From the NCBI RefSeq assembly GCF_963921235.1, contig NC_086106.1:21762001-21826000 (forward strand): 64,000 bases of DNA, written 5' to 3'. Within the stretch, counting starts at the first letter, position 1, and the number at the start of each line of letters is the position of its first letter. The position numbers and the translations under genes are program-made. Below, piece after piece: positions 36,310-49,025 of the stretch. This stretch comes from Mobula hypostoma (lineage: Eukaryota). The notes under the pieces were generated by a model that worked only from the letters and a program-made list of their open reading frames with translations, was not told the DNA's origin and made no database searches.

Positions 36310-36850
36310 CATCAATCTTTTAGTGTTTGCCTTCAAGCACCGTTACCTCCTACCTGATGGCAATGTTTTCATTTTCTGTGCGATGCCGATACTCAATGAT
36401 GGAAGCTGCCTTTTTGAGGCATCAGTCCTGAAGATGTCCTGGCTAATATAGAGGTCAGTGCCCGCGATGGAACTGTGTGGCTTTGCAACAGTCTGCAGCT
36501 TATTTCGATCATTTGCAGTGCCACTTCCATTATAAGGGATGTTGATATATTCAGCTAGAATGCGTCCCCGATACACCTGTAGAAATTAGCGGGTATCTTT
36601 GAAAGAGTACACAATCTCATCGAACTGCATCGAGATCTTAAGTCAGGATAGATCCTCAGAGATAATGATAGAGAGCAGCTTGCGATTACTCCACATTTTC
36701 CAGTTCTGATCCGTTAATGATGACGTCTTTGTGTTTACTCATCTTACATATTCCGAAGTCCACGTTCAATTCTTTGATCTTACTGACGATGTGTGTAATG
36801 TTGCTGGTGCAACACCACTCAACTAGCTGATATAGTGTTTGAGCCCACTG
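36310..36850 (-). mobile_element. Rex1/L2-type LINE 3' remnant
   Basis: ORF 36343..36576: WYGxGTA..LQTVAK..LPSGRR pattern. Confidence 0.65.
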
Positions 36851-37049
36851 GGGGTTCACTTATATGGATTATGTTTCGTGCAATTAGACAGACTAGATCA
36901 GACAAATTGCAGTAATATATTCTTTCGGGAAAAGTCATCATAATATGAACAAATTCACCCGGATGCCTAAGACAGCAAAACAAAAGTCATAAATATCAGT
37001 ATCACGGTTGAATAAAGAGAATTACAGAGCGATGAGAGACGGTAAAAGC

Positions 37050-38890
37050 GCAATATTGAAATAAACTAGACAAGTAATATTGCAGAATTTAATCTATGTT
37101 TCTCAGGATTTAAGAATTTTAAACGAAAGGCGAGAATGGATACTGGGCCGATGGAAAACGATGTGAGATATGTTGTAATGGGTTACAGTGACATGGCGAG
37201 CGAACTGAATAAATCGTTTGCAGCAGTCTATACGCAGAAGGTACGAGCAGTATGTTGGACTTTTTTGCTCTCAGTGGTCATGAGCTGTGTGAGGCTACCA
37301 TTACCTGAGATGGAATTTGGGGAACTGAAATGTCTAATGGTACGTGTCACCGGACCAAATTCTGTGCACACAAGGGTTATGAAAAAAAAATAAATAAAAA
37401 AAACATCTCTTAAGATATTGTTTCGGCATTGGCAATGATATTTCACGAATCACTAGGCTCTGGAAAGTTCTGGAAGACGGTGATATAGCAAATATCACCG
37501 CGGTCCTCAGGGATGGAGATAGGGAAAACGAAAGGAAACAATAGGACAGTTTATTTGATCTCAGCTCGGACCTTTTGAAGAAGATGTTGCAGAAGATTAT
37601 TAAGGATGTGATCTAAAGATTTTTTCAGGCACTTGAATAAGTAGGCCTTAGTCATTTTGCCTGACAAATATGGCTTTACAAGCTAGGAGCGCAAGTTATT
37701 TCGGAATATTCTGCGATGCAAAAACACAATAGGAAATAAGCAGAAGGCAAAGAGTCGGAATAAGTGGAGCCTTTTCTGGGTGATGATTGTCACTTACTGT
37801 GGTGTTTCTCAGGGTCTGTGTTGGGCCCTTTCTTTTTACTTTGTATGCCAATGAATTAGATGACAAATTTGAGGGATTTCTTACAAAAATTACAGACGAC
37901 TAGAAGAAATGCGAAGGGCAGTTATATTTGAGAAGGAATTGGACATATATGCAGAAAGGACAACATATGCAAATAGAAACCATTGTGGGGATGAGTACGA
38001 TAATGCAATTTGTTAGAAGAAATGAAAGGTTTGACTGTTTTTAAAATGTAAAAAAATAGAAATCCTGAGCCACAAATAGATTTGACAGTTCATGTACAGC
38101 TTACCTTCAGGTTAATTTTGAGGTTGAGTCTGTGGTGAGGAAGGCAATTGTGATGCTGGCATTCATTTCAACAGGGCTGAAATAGGAAGGCAAGCATCGA
38201 ATGTTGAGAAACACAAGAAAATCTGCAGATGCTGGAAACCAAAGCAGCACACACAAAATATTTGGCGAACTAAGCGGGTCAGGCAGCAACTTTGAAAAAA
38301 AAAAAAATATATATAGCAGTTTCTGGCAGGAGGAGTGGTCTCAGCCCGAAACGTCGAAAGTATTTTTTTTTCAAAGTTGGCCCCTAGCTTACTACGATCA
38401 TCCAGCATTTTGAATGTGCTGTATGTTATGCTGAGAATTAACAAAGCACTGCTTTGGCCTCAAATGGAACACCGTGAGATGTTGTGGACCCCTCACCTGG
38501 AGGGATCTCGCATGTATTCAAAAACATTATGAAGAATGAGGTGTGGCATTGCAATTTATCGACGGGTAATAGAATGAATATTGAGAGGACGTATCCAATG
38601 GTGGGAAAGTATAAAATGGGAGGATAGAGCCTACAAATAGATTGAGGAAATGATGAGATATCTCTTTATCCACAGAGTGCTAAGTCTGAAGAATTGTTTC
38701 CCACAGGCAGTTGTGAGGCCAGGTTTTCATGTGCATTGAAGACAGAGGTTGACATATTTCTGTCTGTTTGGGGAGTGAAGGGATGCAGAGAGCAAGCAAC
38801 AGATTAGCGCTTAGGGGAAAAATAGTTAAACGATGATGAAATGAAAGGCCAGACTCCAAGAGCCAAATAGCCATACTGTCCTGATAATCG
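37050..38890 (+). mobile_element. Highly decayed CR1 ORF2 3' portion, interrupted at 38200-38420
   Basis: MASELNKSFAAVYT, QGLCWALSF-type DNA at 37810-37860, C-terminal motifs and 3'UTR to ~38890. Confidence 0.7.
38200..38420. mobile_element. Inverted (head-to-head) dimer of the Penelope-type terminal repeat
   Basis: Left arm antisense, right arm sense; 17-bp inverted repeat CAACTTTGAAAAAAAAA / TTTTTTTTTCAAAGTTG; hammerhead 3' half GGTCTCAGCCC-GAAAC-GTC-GA at ~38337-38357. Confidence 0.7.
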
Positions 38891-39129
38891 TATTACCTTA
38901 TTGTCGACTTCTCGCTCTTGTACACTTTCTCGTCAACTTGTGAAATTTTGCAAACAATAGTTGTGTCGTCAGAACATTTTTGATAACATTTAAGATATTC
39001 CGAGTAATACCGTTATTGTGGAGGGGTGGGGGGCGGGCGGCAGAGAGGCGGAGCAGTGCTCTAAGCGCAAATCCCTTATGTGTACCAGCGTTGCTTGTGA
39101 ACAAGGTAAATAATTTACATCCGATTGGC

Positions 39130-39480
39130 AAACACTATGGTCTTCCAGTGTGAATGTGGAGAATCCTATTGCAGAGGGAGGTGCAGCAGCACAGGTTTTG
39201 GAACTTTTTGATAGACCTCTAGGAATAATTGTTCTAAAGCAGAGCTGTAGTGAATATACTGCAGGATAGCATAAGTATTGGTATTATCCAGGTGATCCAA
39301 GGCCGCATGTATAGCCCGAGAGATGGCATCCGCTGTAGGCAAATTGTGGCGATAGACAGTCCTCAGAACACGAAGACGGAAATGTTCTGCATGCCATGGA
39401 TGTCGGGAGCGGGGAATTATATACTTAATATCAGAGTTTATATTAAAATTAGCAGACACACTAAACACATCTAAAGCTCA
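39130..39480 (-). mobile_element. Rex1/L2-type RT fragment
   Basis: ORF 39166..39468: YRHNLPTADAISRAIHAALDHLDNTNTY. Confidence 0.75.
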
Positions 39481-39499
39481 TATTGCATTAAAAGAAGCG

Positions 39500-41410
39500 T
39501 CGTTAGTTGTCAACTGATTTTTTTTTTAATGATGGAGCAGCGACATCGATGTAAACTTCGGAGAGCAATTAGCAGATTGCTCCTCGGTGTGCCTGTCACG
39601 ATTGGGTGATCTACAAGAATACCTAGTTAGGTTGTTGACCCCTTTATCAGTCCTAACCTCGAACGACAGAGTCTCTGTAGATAATCCTTCCATAACTTCC
39701 AATTTTTCGGCCGCCGAGACACTATCTCTGATTGTCACGCAGGTGAGAAACTGCTAGAAAGTTCAGCAGTCTAATGAACAAGGAAGCAATTGAAAGAGAG
39801 AGAGAGAGTACGACGCGAGCTGACACACGAGCCGGGAAGTCACTCTGGTAACAGTTCAGAGCAGTTAAGCTAACGGACGATGGAATTTTGGATGGATTCT
39901 AAAATGTTGATCCTGCGGTCTGATAACGGCAGTGGAAACACGGCAGGAGAGAACTGCGGAAGCTACCGAGAAACCACTGCTGGAGTTTAAGACCACCACG
40001 AAGGTGGAGGCGACGGAGCGATTAATTTAGACCCCTGTTTAACAGTGCGGTTAAGAGCTTGCGTGTCGGGGTCTGCTGGTGGTGAACCCGTGCCGTGGGT
40101 TAGTAGACTAGACGTTCCAAAGAAGGGGTTTTGTCCATCTGTTTCTGTGTGGGAGTCACACGAAGTGATTCTGAAGACTTCGGAAACAAGAACAACTAAA
40201 GCTGCCAACTTGAACATCAACTCAATTAAATCTCTCTCTCTCATCAATTCAGCCGAACGCAACAGAAAGTGAACTGAGCTGCTTAAACTTACCTGACATC
40301 GTAAGACTGATATCTACCTCCTGGACTATTATATTTATATACACGCACACTTTACGGAAATATATGTACGGGGTTCGTTACATCATCAACAGTACAACGC
40401 CCCAACCATTTTTTTCCCTCCCTCCTTGTCCTTTCTAAAACATCTAAAACCTGGCATTCGGAAAATCATTCCTGTCCCTGAGCCATTAAAGTCTCTGTAA
40501 TGGCCATAAACATCATGTCTGCATTACTGATCCACACTCTGCGCTCATTCACTTTGTCCATTATATTCCTTCCACTAAAATAGACACATCTCAGACAATC
40601 TATCTGAGCACCATCCGTTCTCTGTCTCCTGCCTACCCTCCCTCTCGCACTGTCTCAAACCTTCTTCTATTTGTGAGTCAACCGGCTCTTCCTCCATTAC
40701 TTCAGTTCGCTTCCCACTCCCCAGAAATTTTAGTTTAAACTCTCCCCAATATGTTTGCAAACCTCCAGGATACTGGTCCCCTTGGTATTCAAGCGCAACC
40801 CGCCCCCTTTTTACATGTCACAACTGCCCCAAAGGAGGTTCCAAGTATTCATAAATCTGAATCCCTGCACTCTGCTGCAATCCCTAAGCCATGCATTAAT
40901 CCTGCACCTCATGCTATCGTATGCTTACTCTCATATGGCACAGGCAGTAATCGGGAGATTACAATTTTTGAGGTCCTGCTTCTCAACGTCCTTCCTAACT
41001 GCCTGTCGTCTGTTTTAAGGCCCTCTTCCCTTGTTCCTACCTATGTCGTTGATACTAATGTGTACTATGACCTATATAGCTTTTCTCCTTCCCATTTCAG
41101 GATAACGTGGACGCGATGAGAAACATCTCGATCCCTGCACCTTGGAGGCAAACTACTATCCGTGTTTCTTTCCTGCGACACAGAATCGCCTGCCTGACCC
41201 CATAACTATAGAGCCACTGTCACTGCTGCCCATCTCTTCCTTTCCCTACCTTTCTGAACTGTAGGCCCAAACTCTATGCCAGAGGCGCGGCCACTGTTAC
41301 TTCCCCTAAGTTTGCTGTCTCATCTAACAGTACTGAAACGTGAGTACTTATTTTTTTAAGGGGGACGGCCAGTGGGGTATTCTCTAGCATCTGCTACTCC
41401 CCTTGCATGG
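39500..41410 (-). mobile_element. CR1 ORF1 esterase and endonuclease region, interrupted by a solo LTR
   Basis: Esterase region homologous to 33600-33900; endonuclease text ..CTCTGAT / CAACAG.. continuous across the insertion. Confidence 0.75.
39733..40382. mobile_element. Solo LTR (650 bp)
   Basis: TGTCAC..GTTACA termini; flanks TGAT/TCAT (3/4 TSD); splits a CR1. Confidence 0.7.
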
Positions 41411-42803
41411 GAACTTACACATGTTCCGGCATTTAAAAAATCAAGAAAAAAACAAAATAAACCGCGATGAATATAGATCACAAACTTCATTTTAAAACTC
41501 GAACTCCTGCACGGATCAGCAAGCAATACGTGTGGGGTGGGCAGTAGATGTAGAGAGCTTCTAAATTGTTTGTGATTATAGTTTTCCTTTATTCATCAAA
41601 ATAATCACAATCCGTTACTGCAGCAAATATCTTAAGACAACCCGTAATATGAAGATAAAATCACTCTCACTCCATCATATGAATAGTAATTTGTGAACTA
41701 ACTTGTATAAAATGGAATAAAATCCAATGCAGAGATGTCTAGATATTAGCGTTAGTTTTTTTTTGTTTTTTTGTTTTTTTTTTAGATCTATTGAGTTCCA
41801 ATACCGGACTGGAAACAAAAGGAAGGGGAGAAAGAAGCCTGAAAAAAAGGGGGCGATGCCTCACTGTTGCTGCTATTGGATTTTAAAATGATTGTTAAAA
41901 GTCATTTGTAAATACAAATCAAGACAATCATTGAGAATATTTTTGAGAGTTCAGTGGCACTAAAATGTACCCAACACCAAATTTCCTACAATGTCGACAA
42001 ACAGCTTCAAGATTAATAAAAAAATGAAGTCTTAACTCAATCTATAGGTGTCATAGTCCGGTCCGTGAAGTCTGTATTCCGGATCACGGTCGGGTCCATG
42101 GTTCATTATTGCAGGGTTTCTGGTTTTCCGCAGTTTCTGTTGCAGGCACATGATTCTCGTTTTAGTGCTGATACATAAATACCCCAGCGATTCCCGGCAG
42201 GGCTGTCCTGTTCGCCTCCCTGTCTTCTCCCCCACCAACCCCGCCTGACTTTCTGCCTGGAGACCTCGCCTGACTCTCTGCCTGGATGTCTCGCCTTAAA
42301 CTCTGCCTGCTCACCTAACCCGGATACCCGGCCTGTATCGCTGAAGATTTACCACCGGAACAAGACAGGAGCCTTGTTAGGTAAAGATAAGGAACTGTCT
42401 TTAGTTGTGTGGAATTGTTTCTCTGTGCCCACACCTTCACTAGGTAGATCCGACATTTGCCGCTACCTAGTATGAGAAACTTCTTCTGTGTCCTCGACTT
42501 CGTTAGGTGGGTCTGGCCGTTTGACGCCACGTGTGTTGGAATCGGTCTCTTCATGTTCAGCGTTCTGTGTATGAGTCCCGGCCCTACGTCCTGTTCCCAA
42601 GGAGGGGTGCCGGCTCTGTGTTGGGTGTATGAGTCCTGGGACTTCCGGTAGAGCTCATGGAGTGAAGTCCTGCTCTTGACTCGCTCGATTACCTCTTTCT
42701 TCTTATGATCAGCTATATTTTAATTAACCATTAAGGCATCGACTTTTACAATATTTTGAAATAAATTGGGCTCTTTGATAATCCGATGCTTTTAAGGTCT
42801 GCT

Positions 42804-43650
42804 ATGTCTAAGAATGGAAAAAAAACGGGAAGGACGGCAAACCTCTGGTTAGACCGAAAGGTACCGATTTTCCTCCAACTGAACCACCGCTGACTTTGAA
42901 AGCTATATCGGAGCTAATTCAAAGGGAAATTTTAACCTCTGTTACGGAGCTGATTCGTGCGGAAATTTCAATTAATTTCCAGAAATTGCAGATTCAATCG
43001 ATAAGATACAAACATCTATTACGGAACATCAGTCGGCTGTATCTGATCTTCAAAAATCCACGCAACAAAGTGAGCTCAAGATGAAGAAAATCGAAGAAAC
43101 AATTAATGTAATGAAGAAGAAACTTGACTTTCTGACCTTTAAAAACTCTGACTTAGAATCCAGAATGCGACGGCAGAATCTTCGAATGATTGGGGTGCGT
43201 AAAGCTGTTGAATCTGATAACCCTATGAAGTATTTTTCTCAACTTTTAAAAGATACATTTCCTACTGTATTTCCTTACCAACCACCGTTATTGGATCGTG
43301 CTCACAGAGTTCCATCATACTCGTCTGAGTCAGATAAATCTCGACATGTTATATTACGTTTTCATTACTTTCAAGATAAGGAGAAACTCTTTCGTTTCGT
43401 TCGAACTAAAGGTTACATTGATTTTTTGGATCTTAAGTTCCGATTCGTGGAGGATTTTAGTAAACCAATTCGGGATCAACGGGTTCGTTACAGATCTGTG
43501 ATGTCGGAACTCTACAAGATGGATTTAAAACCAACGCTGCTTTACCCTGCACGTCTAAGGATTCGTACGTCGGATGGAGCTCTCCGTTATTTTGAATCTC
43601 CATCGGATGCCCAGAGCTATCTGGATCAATTTTCACCTTCAACATCTTAA
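42804..43650 (+). pseudogene. L1 ORF1p (coiled coil, RRM, CTD), frameshifted
   Basis: DLESRMRRQNLRMIGV, LDRAHRV, ILRFHYFQDKE, LLYPARLRI. Confidence 0.88.
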
Positions 43651-44359
43651 TCGTAATTTTTAACTATCTCCGTTTGATCGGAGGTTGTGAATGTGTCTGT
43701 TTTATATATTTTTTTGCCTTATATGGACAGAAAAGTTTATTTTTGATTAATTAATATGGTTGCTAAACTTTCTTTCTATCTGCGTCATACCTTTCTTTTT
43801 CCCAGGGGGTTCTGGGTGGTTATTCCCTCACCGTCATTCTACTTAGTTCCTTTGAGGCCTTAAATTTTGTAGTTTTTAAAACTACTTCTTTTTGTAGGTT
43901 TTCATAACTAGTTTATGTTAATAATCTCATTTCATTTTTTGGTTACTCATAGGGTCTGGGGTTTGTTGCGTTTTTTTTATATTTTCAGGCTTTTTCTCTG
44001 TTATATTAAGTGTTTGTTTTAATTGATTTACCTTTTTTTTAATTTTTTTACTGTTTTATAACTAGTTGATCTTTTTTATATTTACACTTTTTTTAGGGAG
44101 CGTATACCGGAAGTCATGGGGGTAGTTTTAGTGCTTGCTTCTTTCTGGCTGGTCTGTGTTAGATTTAGCCTTGGCGCATGGGGTGGGTGGTGGTGGGAGG
44201 GACTTCACGTTTTAGTTTCTTTCTTCTTGGGCTATGTACACTATTGAGGTATTGGTTGCGTTCTCCTTCCCGGTATCTCTTATTTGTTCTCTTCCCTTTC
44301 CGGGTTCATGGGTCGAGCCTATCGTCAATCCTCCTTGTTGCGGGTTGACTTTAGGGTTT

Positions 44360-47300
44360 ATGGAGTCTATTATTAATTTTGTCTCCTGGAATACTAATGG
44401 TCTTAATCATCCTATTAAAAGGGAAAAAAAAAAAGTTTTTAAAGTGTTCCGGAGACTTAAAGCACAAATTTAATTTTTACAAGAGACCCATGTGCGGAGG
44501 GGGGACAGACTACGTTTTTTTTTTTAATTCTGGAAGGGTAAACTGTTTCATTCGAACTCCAACGCTAGGATTCGAGGCGTCTCTATTTTTATAGACTCCT
44601 CAGTTACTTTTATATAACATGATATTATTTCTGATCCGAATGGTAGATTTCTACTGGTTAGTGGTCTACTATTTAATAAAAAGGTAGTTTTGGTTAATGT
44701 TTATGCTCCTAATATGGACTGTCCGGAATTTTATAAATCATTATTTAATCAGTTCCCGAATTTGAATGAGTTTTCATTGATCTGGGGCGGAGATCTTAAT
44801 ACCTGTTTATCTCCAGCTTTGGACCGTTCGGCTCCTCTACGGACCTTACCTAATAAATCTGCAACTTTGATTAATTCATTCCTCTCTGATTCTGGGTCGA
44901 CGGACATTTGGCGTTCTTTGCCTCCTCAAGAAAAATATTTTTATTTGTTTTCACATGTTCACCATTACTATTCAAGAATTGATTATTTCTTTATTGACTC
45001 TCGTCTTATTTCTTCAGTGATTATATGTGATTATGACTCTATAACCATTTCGGATCATGCTCCACTTAAGCTTTCTATTAAAATTCAGGCCTATACACAA
45101 AATAAAAAACAATGCTGTTTTAATTCGCTGTTGCTTCAGGACTCAGACTTTGTTAACTTTATGAATGTACAGATTGATCTTTTTTTTTTACAATCAACTA
45201 TACAGAGGATATTTCTGTGAACATTCTTTGGGATACTTTTAAAGCTTATATTCGTGGTCAGATTATCTCGTATTCTGCTGCTTTGAGGAAGAAGCTGAAG
45301 CAGGAGGAGTTGGCACTTGTGGACAAGTTTAAGGAAATTGATAAGAAATATGTTACAGCTCCCTCTGAGGAGTTATATAAACAAAGAACTGAACTTGAAA
45401 TGGAACACAGTGTATTACTTTCGTCCTCGATTGTAAACCAATTAAATAAAACAAGAAGTGAATTTTATGTACACAGTGACAAAATTCGCAAACTGCTGGC
45501 TAATCAATTGAAGTCTAATTATGCTAAATCTCAAATTAATCAGATTTATAACCAAAATGACCGACTGATACTTGATCATGCGGGGATTAATCAAACCTTC
45601 TGTGATTTTTATTCTTCCTTATATCAATCAGAGTCTCCTCGAGACTCTAAATATATTAATGAATTTTTAGATAACCTAGATTTCCCTGAGATTTCACAGG
45701 ATATGTCTTCTATGTTAGACACTCCCATTACCACTGATGAGATTAAGAATGTTATTTCCTCTATGAACTTGGGGAAAGCTCCTGGCCCTGATGGATTTAC
45801 CGTAGAATTTTATAAATGTTTTGCACCTTCATTAATCCCTTGGTTCTGTAGGGTTTTTGAGGCTCCATTAAAACTTGGTAAACTTCCCGAACAGATTTTT
45901 CTAATCTGACAAACAGATTAGAAAAAGTACTTCCTTTTATTATTTCGGAAGACCAAACGGATTTTATTAAAGGTCGTTACTCTTTTTATAACATTCGCAC
46001 ACTGTTAAGTATTGTTTATTCCCATTCACAAAATGTTCCTGAATGTGTTATCTCTTTAGATGCTGAGAAAGCTTTTGATAGAGTAGAATGGCCTTACTTA
46101 TTTAAGGTGCTTGAAATGTTTTATTTTAGCTCGAAATTTATATCCTGGACCAAACTGTTATATCATTCTCCCGTAGCCTCCGTCCGTACTAACTCTCTAA
46201 GCTCACCTTTTTTCACCCTTTTTCGAGGTACTCGACAAGGTTGTCCTCTTCGTCCTTTATTATTTGATATTGCATTAGAACCTGTTGCAATTGCCATTCG
46301 AGAATCTCCAAATATTACTGGGATAACTCGGGGCTTAAAGTCCCATAAAATATCACTCTATGCTGATGACTTACTTTTATATATTTCTAATCCTCAAAAA
46401 TCCATCCCTGCTGTTTTAGAGTTATTAGCACAATTTAGTCTCTTTTCAGGTTATAAATTAAGTCTTAGTAAGAGTGAACTTTTCCCGATTAATAAACAAC
46501 TTCCCTTATATCATAACTTTCCATTTAATTTGATTATTAATTATTTTTCATATCTTGGGATTAAAATTACTTGTAAATACAAAGATTTATTTAAGATTAA
46601 CTTCTTACCCTTAATTGACCATATTATTCAACTTTCATCTAAATGGTTTCCTTTATATTTAACTTTGATTGGTCGTATTAATGCAGTTAAGATGTTTTTT
46701 TTTTTGCCAAAATTTCTATATATATTTCAGGCATTACCAATCTTTGTCCCAAAATCTTTTTTTTAATAAAGTTGACTCAAAAATCTCTTCATTTGTTTGG
46801 CAAAATAAAAACCCGAGGCTGGGTAAAATACATTTACAGAAAGCTAAGAGTGATGGAGGTTTAGCATTACCTAACTTTAGGTTTTATTATTGGGCAATTA
46901 ATATTCGACATATGAAATTTTGGTTACTTGACCAGGATATACTATCTATTCCTAAATGGGTAGCATTGGAGTTACAATCTGTTCAGGGATATACACTTGG
47001 CTCTATTTTAGGTTCCTCTCTTCCTTTTGATTTGAAACGCGTCAAACAGGTATCTAACCCAATAGTTAAATATACCTTACGTATTTGGTTTCAATGCGGA
47101 ATTTTTTTTGATCTTAACCAATTTGGGCTAGCGATTCCTATTTTAGGTAATATATATTTTCCTCCCTCTTTTACGGATCGTGTTTTTCAAATTTGGAAGA
47201 CTAAGGGTGTTTCACAGTTTTTTGGATTTATTTTTAAATGGTTCCCTTATGTCTTTTGAACAATTATCTAATAAATATAATTTATCAAGAACACATTTTT

Positions 47301-48050
47301 TTTTAGATATCTACAAGTTAGAAATTTCCTAAGTACTATACTTTCTTCTTTTCCTATGCTTCCTCCTACATACATTTTAGATACTATAATTAACCTTAAT
47401 CCATGTCAGAAAGGTGCATCGGCTATGATTTATAATATTATTATGAAACTGAGGAAAGCTCCATTTGATAAGATTAGGGTAGATTGGGAACAGGAATCGG
47501 GGTCTATCATTTCCGTGGATGACTGGGGGAAGATTTTACAATTAGTCAATACTTCCTCTATATGTGTTAAACATTCCCTAATTCAATTTAATGTTGTTCA
47601 TAGAGCACATATGTCCAAAGATAAATTAGCTCGCTTTTATTCTCATATTAATCCTTTTTGTGATCGATGTCCGGGGCAGATAGCCTCTTTAACTCATATG
47701 TTTTGGTCCTGTCCTACTCTGGAAACTTTTTGGAGAGACATTTTTAATATTATCTTCAAGGTATTGAATATAGATATCTCTCCTCACCCTATTACTGCTA
47801 TCTTCGGACTACCTCCAATTTCCAGTAATTTTTCTCCTTCAGCCCGTAGAATGATTGCAGTTCTTACTTTAATGGCGAAAAGACCTATCTTACAACATTG
47901 GAAAGAGCTTAATGTTCCAACTACCTTTTTTTGGTTTTCTCAGACGGTATTATGCTTGAATTTGGAGAAAATTAGAAGCAAACTTTATGATTCTTCACTT
48001 AAATTTGAAAAGACCTGGAGATCTTTTATTCAATATTTTCATTTAATGTA
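44360..48050 (+). pseudogene. L1 ORF2p (APE endonuclease, RT, Cys-rich C-terminus), frameshifts, stops and an internal deletion
   Basis: SWNTNGLN, NVYAPN, GGDLN, SRIDYF, SDHAP, KAPGPDGF, RGTRQGCPL, LYADD, YLGI, CDRC..HMFWSC. Confidence 0.92.
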
Positions 48051-48764
48051 TTTTTTTTTCTCCTCTTGTTTTTGCTCCATATTTATATACCCTTCTTGTG
48101 TTTTTTTTTTTCTGTTTTTAATGGAGGTCGGGATTGAGGACGTGATTTTAAGTTTTTTTTTTTTTTTTTAACTCTGCTTGGTTCCAAGTCAGCCCATTGC
48201 TTTGCTTTGCTCCCAGTTAGTTGCACGGTGATTTTTTTTTTTTTGGGGGGGGTTCTTTTTATATATATAATTAGTATACTATGGGATGTTACTTTAGTAT
48301 GTTATGTTTAAATTACATTGTTTGTATCTTTTTTTTTGTATTACTATCTCCTGTAATTTTATTATATTTTAACAGTGTATTAGTGCTTATCTGGCTTACC
48401 TTTTTGTATACTTATTCAATAAAAAAGATTTAAAAAGAAAGAAAGGTGTAGAGTCCCGGCCCTACGTCCTGTTCCGAAGGAGGGCTCTGTCTTCCATGTT
48501 CCCGACTCTTCTAGTCCAAGGCTCCGTGCTCCTGAAGGCCCTTGTTCAGTCCGTGCCAAGTCCAATCCTAACCGAGTCATGTCCATGTTACTTTACCTGT
48601 CCTTCTGTCTCGCTATACCCAGGAGTTCCTCACCTAAGCCATGTCCAGTCCTGTAGCCTCGTCTTGTCTTTAGCTAGTTCTGTATTCCGAACCCAAGTCA
48701 AGTCTCAGGTTTTGAGTCCTGGCCCAGTCTCTGGTTCAGAATCCATACCCAGGCCTCGAAGGAC

Positions 48765-49025
48765 CCTAGACCCAAGCCTCAAGACCCCAAGCCTGTATCC
48801 AAGCCTCAAGTCTCAAGAGCTTAAGCCTGTCTCCAAGCCTCAAGCCTCTAGACCCCAAGCCTGTCTCCAAGCCTCAAGCCTCTAGACCCCAAGCCTGTCT
48901 CCAAGCCTCAAGCCTCAAGACCCCTAGCCTCTCTCCAAGCCTCAAGCCTCAAGACCCCTAGCCTGTCTCCAAGCCTCAAGTCTCAAGACCCCTAGCCTGT
49001 CTCCAAGCCTCAAGCCTCAAGACCA
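48765..49025 (+). repeat. 34-bp minisatellite (CCAAGCCTCAAGCCTCTAGACCCCAAGCCTGTCT), about 7 units
   Basis: Unit starts at 48833, 48867, 48901; related array at 31880-32124. Confidence 0.9.

Larger units (their letters stand above)
42637..48444 (+). mobile_element. Full-length L1-clade LINE (~5.8 kb), disabled
   Basis: 5'UTR, ORF1, T-rich spacer, ORF2, AATAAA at ~48417 and A-rich tail; TSD GGTGTATGAGTCC (42624-42636) / GGTGTAGAGTCC (48445-48456). Confidence 0.93.

Noticed and set aside
39020-39040. G-rich tract as G-quadruplex or Sp1 promoter
   Set aside because: Isolated tract between decayed LINEs; G-run expansions are common throughout this window
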